Position numbers and translations under genes: made by a program | Part shown: one piece after another, positions 37,744 to 46,529 of the stretch | Numbering within the stretch: position 1 is the stretch's first letter | How the letters are laid out: every line of letters starts with the position of its first letter | Source: Pseudomonadota bacterium | GTDB taxonomy: Bacteria; Pseudomonadota; Gammaproteobacteria; Burkholderiales; JABEVD01 | DNA length: 64,000 nucleotides | NCBI GenBank assembly: GCA_021802545.1 | Contig: JAJZRS010000006.1 | Coordinates: 9,308 to 73,307, forward strand | Direction: 5' to 3' | Notes under the pieces: generated by a model | What the model saw: the letters and a program-made list of their open reading frames with translations, nothing else | The model's database searches: none | What the model was told of the DNA's origin: nothing

Positions 37744-38908
37744 TGCTGGCGAGGTATTTGCGGGAAAATCCGTAGATGAGCGCCATCGACGTGCTGATGA
37801 AGACGCCGAACAGGACGATGATCCAGTCGATGTTCACTTCCCATTTGACCATGCCCGTATAGAAGCCGAGCAGGAGCAGTATTCCGATGTTCTCGTTGAA
37901 ATTCTGCACGGCGATGGAGTGACCCGCACCCATCAGCACATGTCCCCTGTGCTGCAGCAGGGCGTTCAGCGGGACCACGAAGAAGCCGCCGAGCGCGCCG
38001 ATGAAGAAGAGCGCGACCGAGGCGATCTGCCAGTTCGTCATGAAGCTGATCGAAATCACGAGCAATCCCATCATGACCCCGGCAGGAAGCGATCTGGCCG
38101 ACTGCTCGAGCTTGATGAAGCGCGCAGCCATAAGAGAGCCCACTGCGATGCCGAAGGCCACGATGGCCATCAGATAGCCCGCTTGCTTCTCGGAGAAGCT
38201 GAGCACCTGGCCGGACCAGCTGATGACGACGAACTGCAGGGTTGCGCCCGCGCCCCAGAAAAGCGTCGTCACGGACAGGGAAACCTTGCCTTCCTTGTCC
38301 TTCCAGAGCAGCTTGAAGACATGCCAGAAATCGTGCAGGGCGAAGGCCAGCGTCTTCTTCGGCATCCTGTGGTCGATCGGGACATGGGGAATGAACAGGT
38401 TGAAGACGGCCGCTATCGCGTAGAAACCGATGATCATCTTGATGGCAAAGTAGGGATCGACGGCGGAAAGCACGCCCCCGACGATGAAGCCGATGATGAT
38501 CGCAACGACCGTCGATCCTTCCATCCATCCGTTCGCCGTGACGAGCATGCTGGGCGGCAGTATTTCCGTCAGGATGCCGTATTTTGCAGGCGAATAGGCT
38601 GCGGCGCCAATGCCGACGATGCCGTATGCGTAAAGCGGGGGCATGCCGAAGAGCATCGTCCCGCAGCCGAGCAGCTTGATCGTGTTGCTGGCGAGCATGA
38701 CGCGTCCCTTCGGATAGGCGTCTGCAAAGATGCCGACGAAGGGGGCGAGCAGAATGTAGGAAAAGACAAAGAATTCCCTGAGGAGCGGTTCGTGCCATTC
38801 AGGCGCAGCCAGGAGCTTGAGCAGGGCGATGGCGGCAAAAAGCAGAGCATTGTCGGCGAGCGCTGAGAAAAACTGGGCTGAAAGTATGATGTAGAAACTG
38901 CGCTTCAT
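37736..38908 (-). CDS. lplT: Lysophospholipid transporter LplT (MFS)
   Basis: It has the N-terminus ILSAQFFSALADNALLFAAIALL and about 12 predicted TM segments. It sits next to alr, as in many proteobacteria. Confidence 0.8.
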   Translation of the reverse strand: MKRSFYIILSAQFFSALADNALLFAAIALLKLLAAPEWHEPLLREFFVFSYILLAPFVGIFADAYPKGRVMLASNTIKLLGCGTMLFGMPPLYAYGIVGIGAAAYSPAKYGILTEILPPSMLVTANGWMEGSTVVAIIIGFIVGGVLSAVDPYFAIKMIIGFYAIAAVFNLFIPHVPIDHRMPKKTLAFALHDFWHVFKLLWKDKEGKVSLSVTTLFWGAGATLQFVVISWSGQVLSFSEKQAGYLMAIVAFGIAVGSLMAARFIKLEQSARSLPAGVMMGLLVISISFMTNWQIASVALFFIGALGGFFVVPLNALLQHRGHVLMGAGHSIAVQNFNENIGILLLLGFYTGMVKWEVNIDWIIVLFGVFISTSMALIYGFSRKYLASTT

Positions 38909-39012
38909 CTGATCTGTTTTCGTTGTGGTTCGGATTTATACCATGAAAGAAGCGGGCTGCGAAGAGATGCAGCTACACGGCAATCCGGATTTGTGGTTGA
39001 ATTACGGTATCT

Positions 39013-40074
39013 ATGAGCAGACCCATCCAAGCCAGAATCAACCTCGACGCGCTTTCTGAAAATCTTGCCCGGGTCAGGCGCTATGCGCCGGGATCGAAAG
39101 TGCTTTCAGTGATCAAAGCCAATGCATACGGACACGGACTCATCCGGACGGCGGGCGCGCTTTCCGCATCCGACGGCTTCGCGCTGCTCGATCTCGAGGA
39201 TGCGGTGCGGCTCAGGCAGGCGGGGTTCGGTCAGAAGATCGTGCTATTGGAAGGCTGCTTCTCAAGCGATGAGCTTCATGCGGCTTCACGTTATTCAATC
39301 GATATCGTCGTCCATTGCGTTGAGCAGATCGACATGCTCGAGCATGCTCAGCTCGAACAGAAAATCGGCGTTTTCGCGAAATGCAACACCGGCATGAACA
39401 GGCTTGGCTTTTCCCCTTCCGAATTTCCGGATGCGGTATCGAGGCTGGAGAAAAACGCCAATGTCTCGGACATCGTTCTGATGACCCATTTCTACGGCGC
39501 GGACGGCAATGAAGGGGTGACCGGGCAGATGGAGGTTTTCGGGAAGTTCAAGCTGAACCATCCCCGCAGCCTCGCCAATTCTGCAGCGCTGATCCGCTAT
39601 CCCGAGACGCGCGGTGAATGGGTGAGGCCAGGGATCATGCTCTACGGTTCTTCCCCTTTTTCAGAGACGAGCACGCAAGGCCTGGGACTGAAGCCCGTCA
39701 TGACGCTCATCTCCCGCATCATTGCCGTCCAGGAAATCAGGGCAGGGGATGGCGTGGGCTACGGGCCGATCTTCAGAGCCGGGCAGGACATGCGCATCGG
39801 CATCGTCGCATGCGGTTATGCGGACGGTTTTCCGCGCCATGCGCCGAACGGGACGCCGGTGCTCGTTCAAGGAAGAAGGACAGCGACCGTCGGGCGGGTT
39901 TCGATGGACATGCTCTTTGTCGACATTTCAAATATCCGGGATGCGGGAATCGGTTCGGAGGTCGTGCTGTGGGGCGAGGGGAACCCCGTGGAGCAGGTGG
40001 CGCAAGCCTGCGGGACGATCAGCTACGAGCTCCTCTGCGCGGTCGCGCCCAGGGTTCCCGTTTCATATTGCTGA
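39013..40074 (+). CDS. alr: Alanine racemase
   Basis: It has the PLP-lysine motif VIKANAYGHG and the C-terminal block SMDM..VD. Confidence 0.92.
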   Translation: MSRPIQARINLDALSENLARVRRYAPGSKVLSVIKANAYGHGLIRTAGALSASDGFALLDLEDAVRLRQAGFGQKIVLLEGCFSSDELHAASRYSIDIVVHCVEQIDMLEHAQLEQKIGVFAKCNTGMNRLGFSPSEFPDAVSRLEKNANVSDIVLMTHFYGADGNEGVTGQMEVFGKFKLNHPRSLANSAALIRYPETRGEWVRPGIMLYGSSPFSETSTQGLGLKPVMTLISRIIAVQEIRAGDGVGYGPIFRAGQDMRIGIVACGYADGFPRHAPNGTPVLVQGRRTATVGRVSMDMLFVDISNIRDAGIGSEVVLWGEGNPVEQVAQACGTISYELLCAVAPRVPVSYC

Positions 40075-40075
40075 C

Positions 40076-41422
40076 ATGGCCAAGCAGAAAACAGCCTACA
40101 CCTGTACCGAATGCGGCGGATCGAGCCCGAAATGGCAGGGGCAATGTCCCCAATGCGGGGCATGGAACACGCTCGTCGAAACCGTCCTGGAGCCCGCATC
40201 ACGGTTCTCTGCGCTTTCCCAGACGAGCTCGATCAGGCGCCTCTCGGAGGTCGAAGCGGCCGATTTTCCGCGTTATCCGACGGGCATCGCTGAATTCGAC
40301 AGGGTGCTGGGCGGGGGGCTGGTCGAAGGCGGCGTGGTGCTGATCGGAGGAGATCCCGGCATCGGAAAATCGACGCTGCTGCTCCAGGCGCTCTGCCTCA
40401 TGAGCGCTTCGATGCGGGTGCTCTACGTGAGCGGGGAGGAGTCCGCGCAGCAGATCGCGCTCAGGGCGAAAAGGCTGCAGGTCGATGCGGGCTCGGTCGA
40501 AATCCTCGCCGAGATCCAGCTCGACAAAATACAGGGCGCGCTGCTTTCCCATCAGCCGAGGATCGCGGTGATCGACTCGATCCAGACGCTCTATTCGGAT
40601 GCGCTGAGTTCGGCGCCGGGTTCGGTTGCTCAGGTGAGGGAATGCGCGGCCCAGCTCACCCGGCTTGCAAAGCAATCCGGCATCACCGTCGTCCTGGTCG
40701 GACATGTCACGAAGGAGGGCGCAATCGCGGGCCCGAGAGTGCTCGAGCATATCGTCGATTCCGTGCTTTATTTCGAGGGAGATACCCATTCGAGCTTCAG
40801 GCTGGTGCGGGCGTTCAAGAACCGCTTCGGCGCGGTCAACGAAATCGGCGTCTTCGCCATGACGGACAAGGGGCTGCGCGAGGTGAGCAACCCTTCTGCC
40901 CTTTTTCTTTCACAGCATGAAAAGGACGTGGCGGGCTCGTGCGTGATGGTGACGCAGGAAGGAACGAGGCCGCTGCTCGTCGAGATCCAGGCGCTCGTCG
41001 ACGAGGCGCATGCGCCCAATCCGAGGCGGCTTTGCGTGGGACTCGACCAGAACAGGCTGGCGATGCTGCTCGCCGTGCTGCATCGCCATGCGGGGATCGC
41101 CTGCTTCGACCAGGACGTATTCGTCAATGCCGTGGGCGGGGTCAGGATCATCGAGCCCGCATCCGACCTTGCGGTGCTGCTGGCGATCGTATCCAGCCTG
41201 AAGAACAGGGCACTGCCAAGGGAACTCGTGGTATTCGGCGAAATCGGGTTGGCAGGGGAAATCCGCCCCGTCCAGCGGGGGCAGGAGCGCCTCAAGGAAG
41301 CGGCCAAGCTCGGGTTTTCGCGCGCCATCATACCCAGGTCGAACAGGCCGAAGGGCGGGATCGCCGGCATGGAAATCATCGCGGTCGACCGTCTGATCGA
41401 TGCGATCGATCATTGCCGCTAG
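40076..41422 (+). CDS. radA: DNA repair protein RadA
   Basis: It has the zinc finger CTECGGSSPKWQGQCPQCGAWNT, Walker A GGDPGIGKST, the KNRFG motif and a Lon-like C-terminus. The longer track ORF N-terminus is rejected. Confidence 0.95.
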   Translation: MAKQKTAYTCTECGGSSPKWQGQCPQCGAWNTLVETVLEPASRFSALSQTSSIRRLSEVEAADFPRYPTGIAEFDRVLGGGLVEGGVVLIGGDPGIGKSTLLLQALCLMSASMRVLYVSGEESAQQIALRAKRLQVDAGSVEILAEIQLDKIQGALLSHQPRIAVIDSIQTLYSDALSSAPGSVAQVRECAAQLTRLAKQSGITVVLVGHVTKEGAIAGPRVLEHIVDSVLYFEGDTHSSFRLVRAFKNRFGAVNEIGVFAMTDKGLREVSNPSALFLSQHEKDVAGSCVMVTQEGTRPLLVEIQALVDEAHAPNPRRLCVGLDQNRLAMLLAVLHRHAGIACFDQDVFVNAVGGVRIIEPASDLAVLLAIVSSLKNRALPRELVVFGEIGLAGEIRPVQRGQERLKEAAKLGFSRAIIPRSNRPKGGIAGMEIIAVDRLIDAIDHCR

Positions 41423-43126
41423 CTACCAGGGCGGGCCGGAAGAAAACCCGAGCGTCTCGATCGCGTCCACGTAAAGCAGGAAGAAATTCACCAGGATCGA
41501 GACGGCGGCCGTGAGCTTCCACGCAGCCAGCCTGTTCCTGCTTGCCAGCGGGGTTTTTCTTGGCGGAGAAATTCTCGCGTCCTCGCCGCGCTCGAGTTCG
41601 AGCAGGAGTTCCTCGGGCATTTCGAAACGCCTGGCAGGATCTTGCGCAACCGACTTCATCAGGATGTTCTCGAACCATGCGGGAATGTCGGGCCGGTATT
41701 TCGTCGGCAGGACGGGATCGGCAAACGAAGGAAATTTTCCGTCTGCTATTTCTCCGTACGGATATTGCTCCGTCAGAAGAAAATAGAGTGTGACGCCCAG
41801 CGCATAGAGATCGCTCTGGATTCCTGCTTCTTCCCCGGCAAAGAGTTCCGGCGCCCTGTAGTTCGGGCTGCCTGAAAATTGAATGTTTTCCATCGCAGGT
41901 GAAGAAGCCGATCCAAGATCCAGGATGCGCACTTTCCCGTCCTTGCCGAGATGCAGGTTCTCCGGTCTGATGTCGCGGTGAACGATGTCGAGGCGATGGA
42001 TCGCCCCCAAACCCTTCGCGATCTTCATGCCGATCTGGGCCACCTCGTTCACGCTGAAGTGATGCCTATCCTCGATCATGGAGGCCAAGGTCTTGCCTTC
42101 GTGCCAAGTCGACAGGATATAGAGAAAATGGCGATTTTCGGGCGTGACATACTGGGGAAGATTGCTCGACACCGCTCTCTTGCCGAGCCATTCCTCCATC
42201 ATGAGGTTGTTTCTCGCCTGATCGTCCAGGACGAATTCAGGACTCAGCGTCCTGAGCACCAGGACGCGCTCGCCGGATGCTTCCTTCACCTTGTAGGCGA
42301 GCTTCTTTCCCGCTGCGTGAAGCACGTCGAGCACTTCGTAATTGTCCACTTTCTGCCCCTTGACGAGCATGGGCGGCAGGGGAAGGCAAGACCCTTCGAG
42401 CAGCATGTCCCGCAGGTTGCCTTCGGCCACTTCCTCGATTCTCAATACCTGGGCGGTGATGTTGCCTTCGCTCCCCGCTTTCAGGGCTTCATCGATCATG
42501 ATTTGTGCGGCTTCTTCCGGATCGGTATGCTTCATCAGCAGGTCCTGCATCCTTTTTTGCCCGAGCGCTTCCCATGCACCGTCGGATGCGAGCAGGAAGA
42601 TGTCCCCTGGATTCAGCTCGCCTTCCGAATAATCGACGACGAGATGGAGATCCAGTCCTACGGCGCGCTTCAGCACGTGCTTCCCTGCGTCTTCCCTGAC
42701 ATGGTCGCGCGTGAGGAGCTGGAGCTCGTTTCCTCTCAGCCTGTAGATTCTCGTGTCGCCGACATGAGCGATGGCATAGCGGTTGCCGCGCAAGACGAGC
42801 AGGCTGAGCGTGCTCGCCATGCTCGCGAATTCCCGATGGGCGGCGCCCTGGGCGAGCAGCCATCTGTTGGCCGAGGCGAGCAGTTTGCCGAGGGCATGCG
42901 GGATGTCCCAGGTCTCGGGCGTGTCGTAATAGTCGCTCAGCACGCTGAGCACGGCATATTCCGCAGCCTCTCTCCCGCCGGCGTTGCCTATGCCGTCAGC
43001 GACAGCGGCAACGATTCCCTTGCTGGCAAGAAGCTCTCCTTCAGGCGCGACGAGTCCGAAGAAATCCTCGTTTTTTTCCTTTACTCCGGCATCGCTGACT
43101 GCGCCGAATGCAATTCTCAGCGGCAT
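41423..43126 (-). CDS. Bifunctional PP2C phosphatase / Ser-Thr protein kinase with C-terminal TM anchor
   Basis: The N-terminus is PP2C (SD.G..KE.NED.F, VADG.G, LASDG). The Hanks kinase core follows (VHRDIRPENL, DLGSA, APE). A C-terminal hydrophobic helix is present. RBS AAGGGGAAAA precedes ATG 43126. Confidence 0.85.
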   Translation of the reverse strand: MPLRIAFGAVSDAGVKEKNEDFFGLVAPEGELLASKGIVAAVADGIGNAGGREAAEYAVLSVLSDYYDTPETWDIPHALGKLLASANRWLLAQGAAHREFASMASTLSLLVLRGNRYAIAHVGDTRIYRLRGNELQLLTRDHVREDAGKHVLKRAVGLDLHLVVDYSEGELNPGDIFLLASDGAWEALGQKRMQDLLMKHTDPEEAAQIMIDEALKAGSEGNITAQVLRIEEVAEGNLRDMLLEGSCLPLPPMLVKGQKVDNYEVLDVLHAAGKKLAYKVKEASGERVLVLRTLSPEFVLDDQARNNLMMEEWLGKRAVSSNLPQYVTPENRHFLYILSTWHEGKTLASMIEDRHHFSVNEVAQIGMKIAKGLGAIHRLDIVHRDIRPENLHLGKDGKVRILDLGSASSPAMENIQFSGSPNYRAPELFAGEEAGIQSDLYALGVTLYFLLTEQYPYGEIADGKFPSFADPVLPTKYRPDIPAWFENILMKSVAQDPARRFEMPEELLLELERGEDARISPPRKTPLASRNRLAAWKLTAAVSILVNFFLLYVDAIETLGFSSGPPW

Positions 43127-43364
43127 GATTTTCCCCTTGTCGAAAATGGCGAACTTTCTGTTCAGATTCGACAAAGCAACTAGCATGCCAAAAAATAACG
43201 ATTGATTATAAAAAGAATTTTATACGCGGGCAGGAAATTGTGCACCGAAAGGGTGCAAAATCAGATCGGCATTCATGCCGTTGAACCGGCAGCCTCCTGG
43301 AGACGCTATCGCCATTGTTGCTTTATTGTGTCAAACTGACCCTAAAAATCTATAAGGAGGGGAC

Positions 43365-43949
43365 GTGAGCGAACTTGATCATGAAGGCTACGAACAACTC
43401 GGTCATCTGGTGCGCCAGCTTCACGGCACGCTGAAGGAATTGGGCTGCGAGGAATCCATGCAGAAGATCGCGAGCGATCTTCCCGATACCCAGGACAGGC
43501 TCAATTATGTCGTCCAGATGACGGAACAGGCTGCGCAGCGCGTGCTTGAATCCGTCGAGAAGGCGATTCCCATCCAGACCGAACTCGAAGCCCAGGCTGC
43601 ATCCCTGTCCAACGAACTGAAAAACGCAAAAGATCCCGCCAGCCTCTCCGGAAAAGTGCAGGATTTTCTGGACAGCATTCCGAAATTCGCAAGCGAAACG
43701 TCATCTCATCTGACAGACATCCTGATGGCGCAGGATTTCCAGGATCTCACCGGCCAGGTGATCAAGAAGGTCACGCGGCTCGCTCAGGAAATGGAGCATC
43801 AGCTCGTCAACATCCTGCTCATCAGCAGGGGAGATTCTCGCAGCGAAGAAGGCCTGATGAACGGCCCCGTTGTGAAAAACGAAGGGCGAAGCGACATCGT
43901 CACGAACCAGCTCGAGGTCGACGACCTGTTGAGCAGCATGGGTTTCTGA
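43365..43949 (+). CDS. cheZ: Short CheZ paralog (orphan)
   Basis: The GTG start follows AAGGAGGGG. It shares [16 protein letters not shown] and the C-terminal VTNQLEVDDLLSSMGF with the che-operon CheZ. It lacks that protein's acidic N-terminal extension. Confidence 0.85.
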   Translation: MSELDHEGYEQLGHLVRQLHGTLKELGCEESMQKIASDLPDTQDRLNYVVQMTEQAAQRVLESVEKAIPIQTELEAQAASLSNELKNAKDPASLSGKVQDFLDSIPKFASETSSHLTDILMAQDFQDLTGQVIKKVTRLAQEMEHQLVNILLISRGDSRSEEGLMNGPVVKNEGRSDIVTNQLEVDDLLSSMGF

Positions 43950-44079
43950 GGATTTTGTATCGTATTTAAAACGATACGAAGGCCCGCCCGCGGGTTTTTG
44001 AAGCTGCCGGCGATTTTTCCAAGGATTGCGGTAAATCCCCTCAATCTGCTGTATTAAATGAAATATTTCGTCTTTCCTG

Positions 44080-44111
44080 TTGACATTCGTATGGAAAATG
44101 GCAATATTGCC
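44080..44111 (+). promoter_or_regulatory. Candidate sigma70 promoter with overlapping 12-bp perfect palindrome
   Basis: TTGACA (44080-44085), a 17-nt spacer and AATATT are present. GGCAATATTGCC (44100-44111) is a perfect palindrome spanning the -10 element, 24 nt upstream of ATG 44135. Confidence 0.4.
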
Positions 44112-44134
44112 AAAAACATTACGAAGGGGGCGAA

Positions 44135-44422
44135 ATGAGCAGCAGGAACGTCGTGATCACCAGCGCGGGGTTGAGGGCGCTTCAGGACCATGCCATGACC
44201 CGGGTGGCGAATCAGGTGCTCTGGCATCTGGTCAACGAACTGCCTCCGAACGGAGAAATCGTCTCGAAAGCTGCGCTCGAGGAGAAGCTTTCGATCACGC
44301 GTCCCCAGCTCAGCAACACGATCAAGTTTTTATGCCAGGCGGGTTTCCTGGCGCGCGGCGCCCGCCACGGGCTTTCCTACCATTACAAGCCCAATCCGGT
44401 CTTCTTCCGCATTCTGGCCTAG
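44135..44422 (+). CDS. Small winged-helix (MarR-like) DNA-binding protein
   Basis: It is 95 aa. The segment SKAALEEKLSITRPQLSNTIKFLCQAGFLAR resembles HTH + wing. RBS GAAGGGGG is present. Confidence 0.45.
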   Translation: MSSRNVVITSAGLRALQDHAMTRVANQVLWHLVNELPPNGEIVSKAALEEKLSITRPQLSNTIKFLCQAGFLARGARHGLSYHYKPNPVFFRILA

Positions 44423-44694
44423 GCGTCGGCAAGCACTTCGAAATCCCCGGCAGGATATTCGGATGCATCGAGCACCTCGATTTTTTCCACCCTGGACAAG
44501 GGCGGTCCGATCCTGGCCCAATCGAGCATGAGCTCGATTGCCTCGGGCGCGCCGCACAGATACGCCTCGACGGTGCCGTCGCGCCTGTTCCTGACCCAGC
44601 CGGAAAGACCGATCCTGAAGGCTTCGTCCTGCATGGAACTGCGGTAGTTCACGCCCTGGACCTTTCCGTATATTCTCGTCATTTTGGCGGCCAT
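44419..44694 (-). CDS. acyP: Acylphosphatase
   Basis: It reads YGKVQGVNYRSS....A...GLSGWVRNRRDGTVE and is 91 aa. Confidence 0.88.
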   Translation of the reverse strand: MAAKMTRIYGKVQGVNYRSSMQDEAFRIGLSGWVRNRRDGTVEAYLCGAPEAIELMLDWARIGPPLSRVEKIEVLDASEYPAGDFEVLADA

Positions 44695-44745
44695 GGTCCT
44701 TTATAACCGATTCGTTCGGATTCTTCAATGCGGTATAGTCATGCC

Positions 44746-45378
44746 ATGAAAACCACCATGTGCTTCATCAGACACGGCGAGACTGACTGGAACGTCGAGA
44801 AGCGGATACAGGGCCAGACCGACATTCCGCTCAACGAAACAGGAAGGCGGCAGGCGCTCGCGATGGCCTTCAATGCTGCGCATCACGAATTCTCGGGGAT
44901 TTACAGTTCCGATCTCTCGCGAGCGCTGGAGACTGCGAAGATGCTCGCGCAAAGGCGCGATCTCGAAGTGTCCTCTTGGGATGCGCTGAAGGAGCGGCAT
45001 TACGGGATATTCCAGGGAATCACGGGCGAGGAGGGAAAAATCCGCTATCCAGAGGCCTATTCGAAATACAGCGCGAGGGAGTCAGGATACGATTTCGAAA
45101 CCGGAGAGAGCCTCGATGCATTCGAGAAAAGGGTGGTCGATGCGGTCGAACAACTGCGGCATCGTCACAAAGGCGAAACGATCGCGGTGGTGAGTCATGC
45201 CGGTTTTCTCGACATCGTCTACAGGCGGTCGACCGGCAGGGCGCTCTCGGCCCAGCGGGACTTCAAGATTCCCAATTGCGCCCTCAACTGGTTCAGCTTC
45301 GACGAGCACGGCTGGCATCTCGACAGGTGGGACGACCATCACCATCTTTCGACCGTGCTGACGGAATCCGCCGAATGA
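44746..45378 (+). CDS. Histidine phosphatase family (phosphoglycerate-mutase-like) protein
   Basis: It has FIRHGETDWN and a downstream SH.G motif (VVSHAGF). Confidence 0.85.
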   Translation: MKTTMCFIRHGETDWNVEKRIQGQTDIPLNETGRRQALAMAFNAAHHEFSGIYSSDLSRALETAKMLAQRRDLEVSSWDALKERHYGIFQGITGEEGKIRYPEAYSKYSARESGYDFETGESLDAFEKRVVDAVEQLRHRHKGETIAVVSHAGFLDIVYRRSTGRALSAQRDFKIPNCALNWFSFDEHGWHLDRWDDHHHLSTVLTESAE

Positions 45379-45409
45379 AATGGCAGAAAAAAATGGCTGG
45401 CCTGAAGGA

Positions 45410-45877
45410 TCAAAACCACCTTCCCGTTTTCAACTTGTATTCGAGATAGGGCTTGCCGAATTTTACCTCGAGGTATTTCTCTTCCTTCAGAATCACCCCG
45501 TAGTGCATGAGAAAAATGAGGGGAAACAGGAATGAGAGCGGCCAGAAGCTGTTCAGAAGCAAGCCAGCCCCGACGTAGAGCATCGTCATGGCAAGATAGA
45601 TCGGGTTTCGGCTGATTCTGAAAGGGCCGCCTGTTGCAAGCGCCATCGAGCTTTTCCTCGGGTCTGCGCTCGTGCCCATCCTTTTCATCGTGACGAAGGA
45701 CCAGCGCGCGATAAAGGCGCCGGATGCGGCGAGAAGGAACCCGAGCACCTGGAGCATGTGCGGGGCATCCAGGAGCGGCCAGGGAAATAACAGGTTCAGG
45801 GCAGCGCCTGACGCGAGCGATCCGAGATAAAGCAGGGGAGGGGGGGCGATGACTCCCGCCGTGTCGGAATTTTCCAT
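45410..45877 (-). CDS. Isoprenylcysteine carboxyl methyltransferase (ICMT/PEMT) family membrane protein
   Basis: It has multiple TM helices and GPFRISRNPIYLAM......EE..L...FG..Y..Y. Confidence 0.75.
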   Translation of the reverse strand: MENSDTAGVIAPPPLLYLGSLASGAALNLLFPWPLLDAPHMLQVLGFLLAASGAFIARWSFVTMKRMGTSADPRKSSMALATGGPFRISRNPIYLAMTMLYVGAGLLLNSFWPLSFLFPLIFLMHYGVILKEEKYLEVKFGKPYLEYKLKTGRWF

Positions 45878-45883
45878 CGTTCC

Positions 45884-46198
45884 CTAGACCGGGACGACTG
45901 CAATGAGATCGTCGCCGTATTTCGCGATCAGATCGTCTTCGTCGGGCTCCCTGCCGAAGACCACGAGCTCGCAATGCGGGCCTTTCGTCACCACCCATGC
46001 GACATAGGCATATCCGTCCCTGTAGGCCTCCGACTTGATGTGTTCGATCGCATTCTTCATCGTCGAACAGGCTGGGCATGCGATTTCCTTGATGACATGC
46101 TCGCCGGTAGATTTCAGGCAGGGCGGGGTTTCGCCTTCTTCGAGCGCATGGGACTTCATGCAGGGCAGCTCAGACAATGCCCATTTCCGCTCATCCAT
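45884..46198 (-). CDS. Hypothetical Cys-rich protein (104 aa)
   Basis: This intact ORF lies 6 nt upstream of the ICMT-family gene on the same strand. It contains CxxC (CPAC) plus further Cys/His residues. I recognise no family. Confidence 0.4.
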   Translation of the reverse strand: MDERKWALSELPCMKSHALEEGETPPCLKSTGEHVIKEIACPACSTMKNAIEHIKSEAYRDGYAYVAWVVTKGPHCELVVFGREPDEDDLIAKYGDDLIAVVPV

Positions 46199-46251
46199 GT
46201 CCGCTCCGCAGTCGAAAACTCCAGTTTAGCGTATTTCTTCCTGATGCGCGC

Positions 46252-46280
46252 TTGACACTGGAAAGTCACTTGAACATAAT
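46252..46280 (+). promoter_or_regulatory. Near-consensus sigma70 promoter
   Basis: TTGACA (46252-46257), a 17-nt spacer and CATAAT (46275-46280) lie ~88 nt upstream of the small ORF at 46369. Confidence 0.5.
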
Positions 46281-46368
46281 AAACCGCACCACAGACATGG
46301 ATATATAACCATGCCATTGGTAATGTTAACGCGTAGAAATTCAATATACTTCATAAGGGAGGTTTGGA

Positions 46369-46467
46369 ATGGATATGTCGGCATACTGGCATTTTGGAAT
46401 CATCTGGGCAGTGGTTGCAGGGTTTTTCATTCTCAGCACCTGTTATCTCAAGAACAAGCAGGGCTGA
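46369..46467 (+). CDS. 32-aa hydrophobic peptide (type-I-toxin-like or small membrane protein)
   Basis: Hand translation gives MDMSAYWHFGIIWAVVAGFFILSTCYLKNKQG followed by a stop. AAGGGAGG lies 6 nt upstream of the ATG. It is bracketed by a promoter and a terminator and is below the ORF-track length cutoff. Confidence 0.55.
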   Translation: MDMSAYWHFGIIWAVVAGFFILSTCYLKNKQG

Positions 46468-46501
46468 CCTCCGGCGGGCCGACCGGCCTGCCGCATTGAA
46501 A

Positions 46502-46529
46502 AGGGCTGCGATGATTCGCAGCCCTTTTT
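46502..46529 (+). terminator. Rho-independent terminator
   Basis: The hairpin is GGGCTGCG-ATGATT-CGCAGCCC followed by TTTTT. Confidence 0.75.

Noticed and set aside
43230-43262. Inverted repeat TGCACC-GAAAG-GGTGCA in the divergent region between the PP2C-kinase gene and cheZ2. I considered it as a CRP/FNR-type site or a terminator.
   Set aside because: It has only a 6-bp stem, matches no TGTGA/TTGAT-type consensus and has no T-run. The evidence is insufficient to call.
45339-46079. 246-aa minus-strand ORF spanning the ICMT-family and Cys-rich genes.
   Set aside because: It is an out-of-frame overlap of two better-supported genes. The translation is Arg/Pro/Gly-rich and low-complexity.
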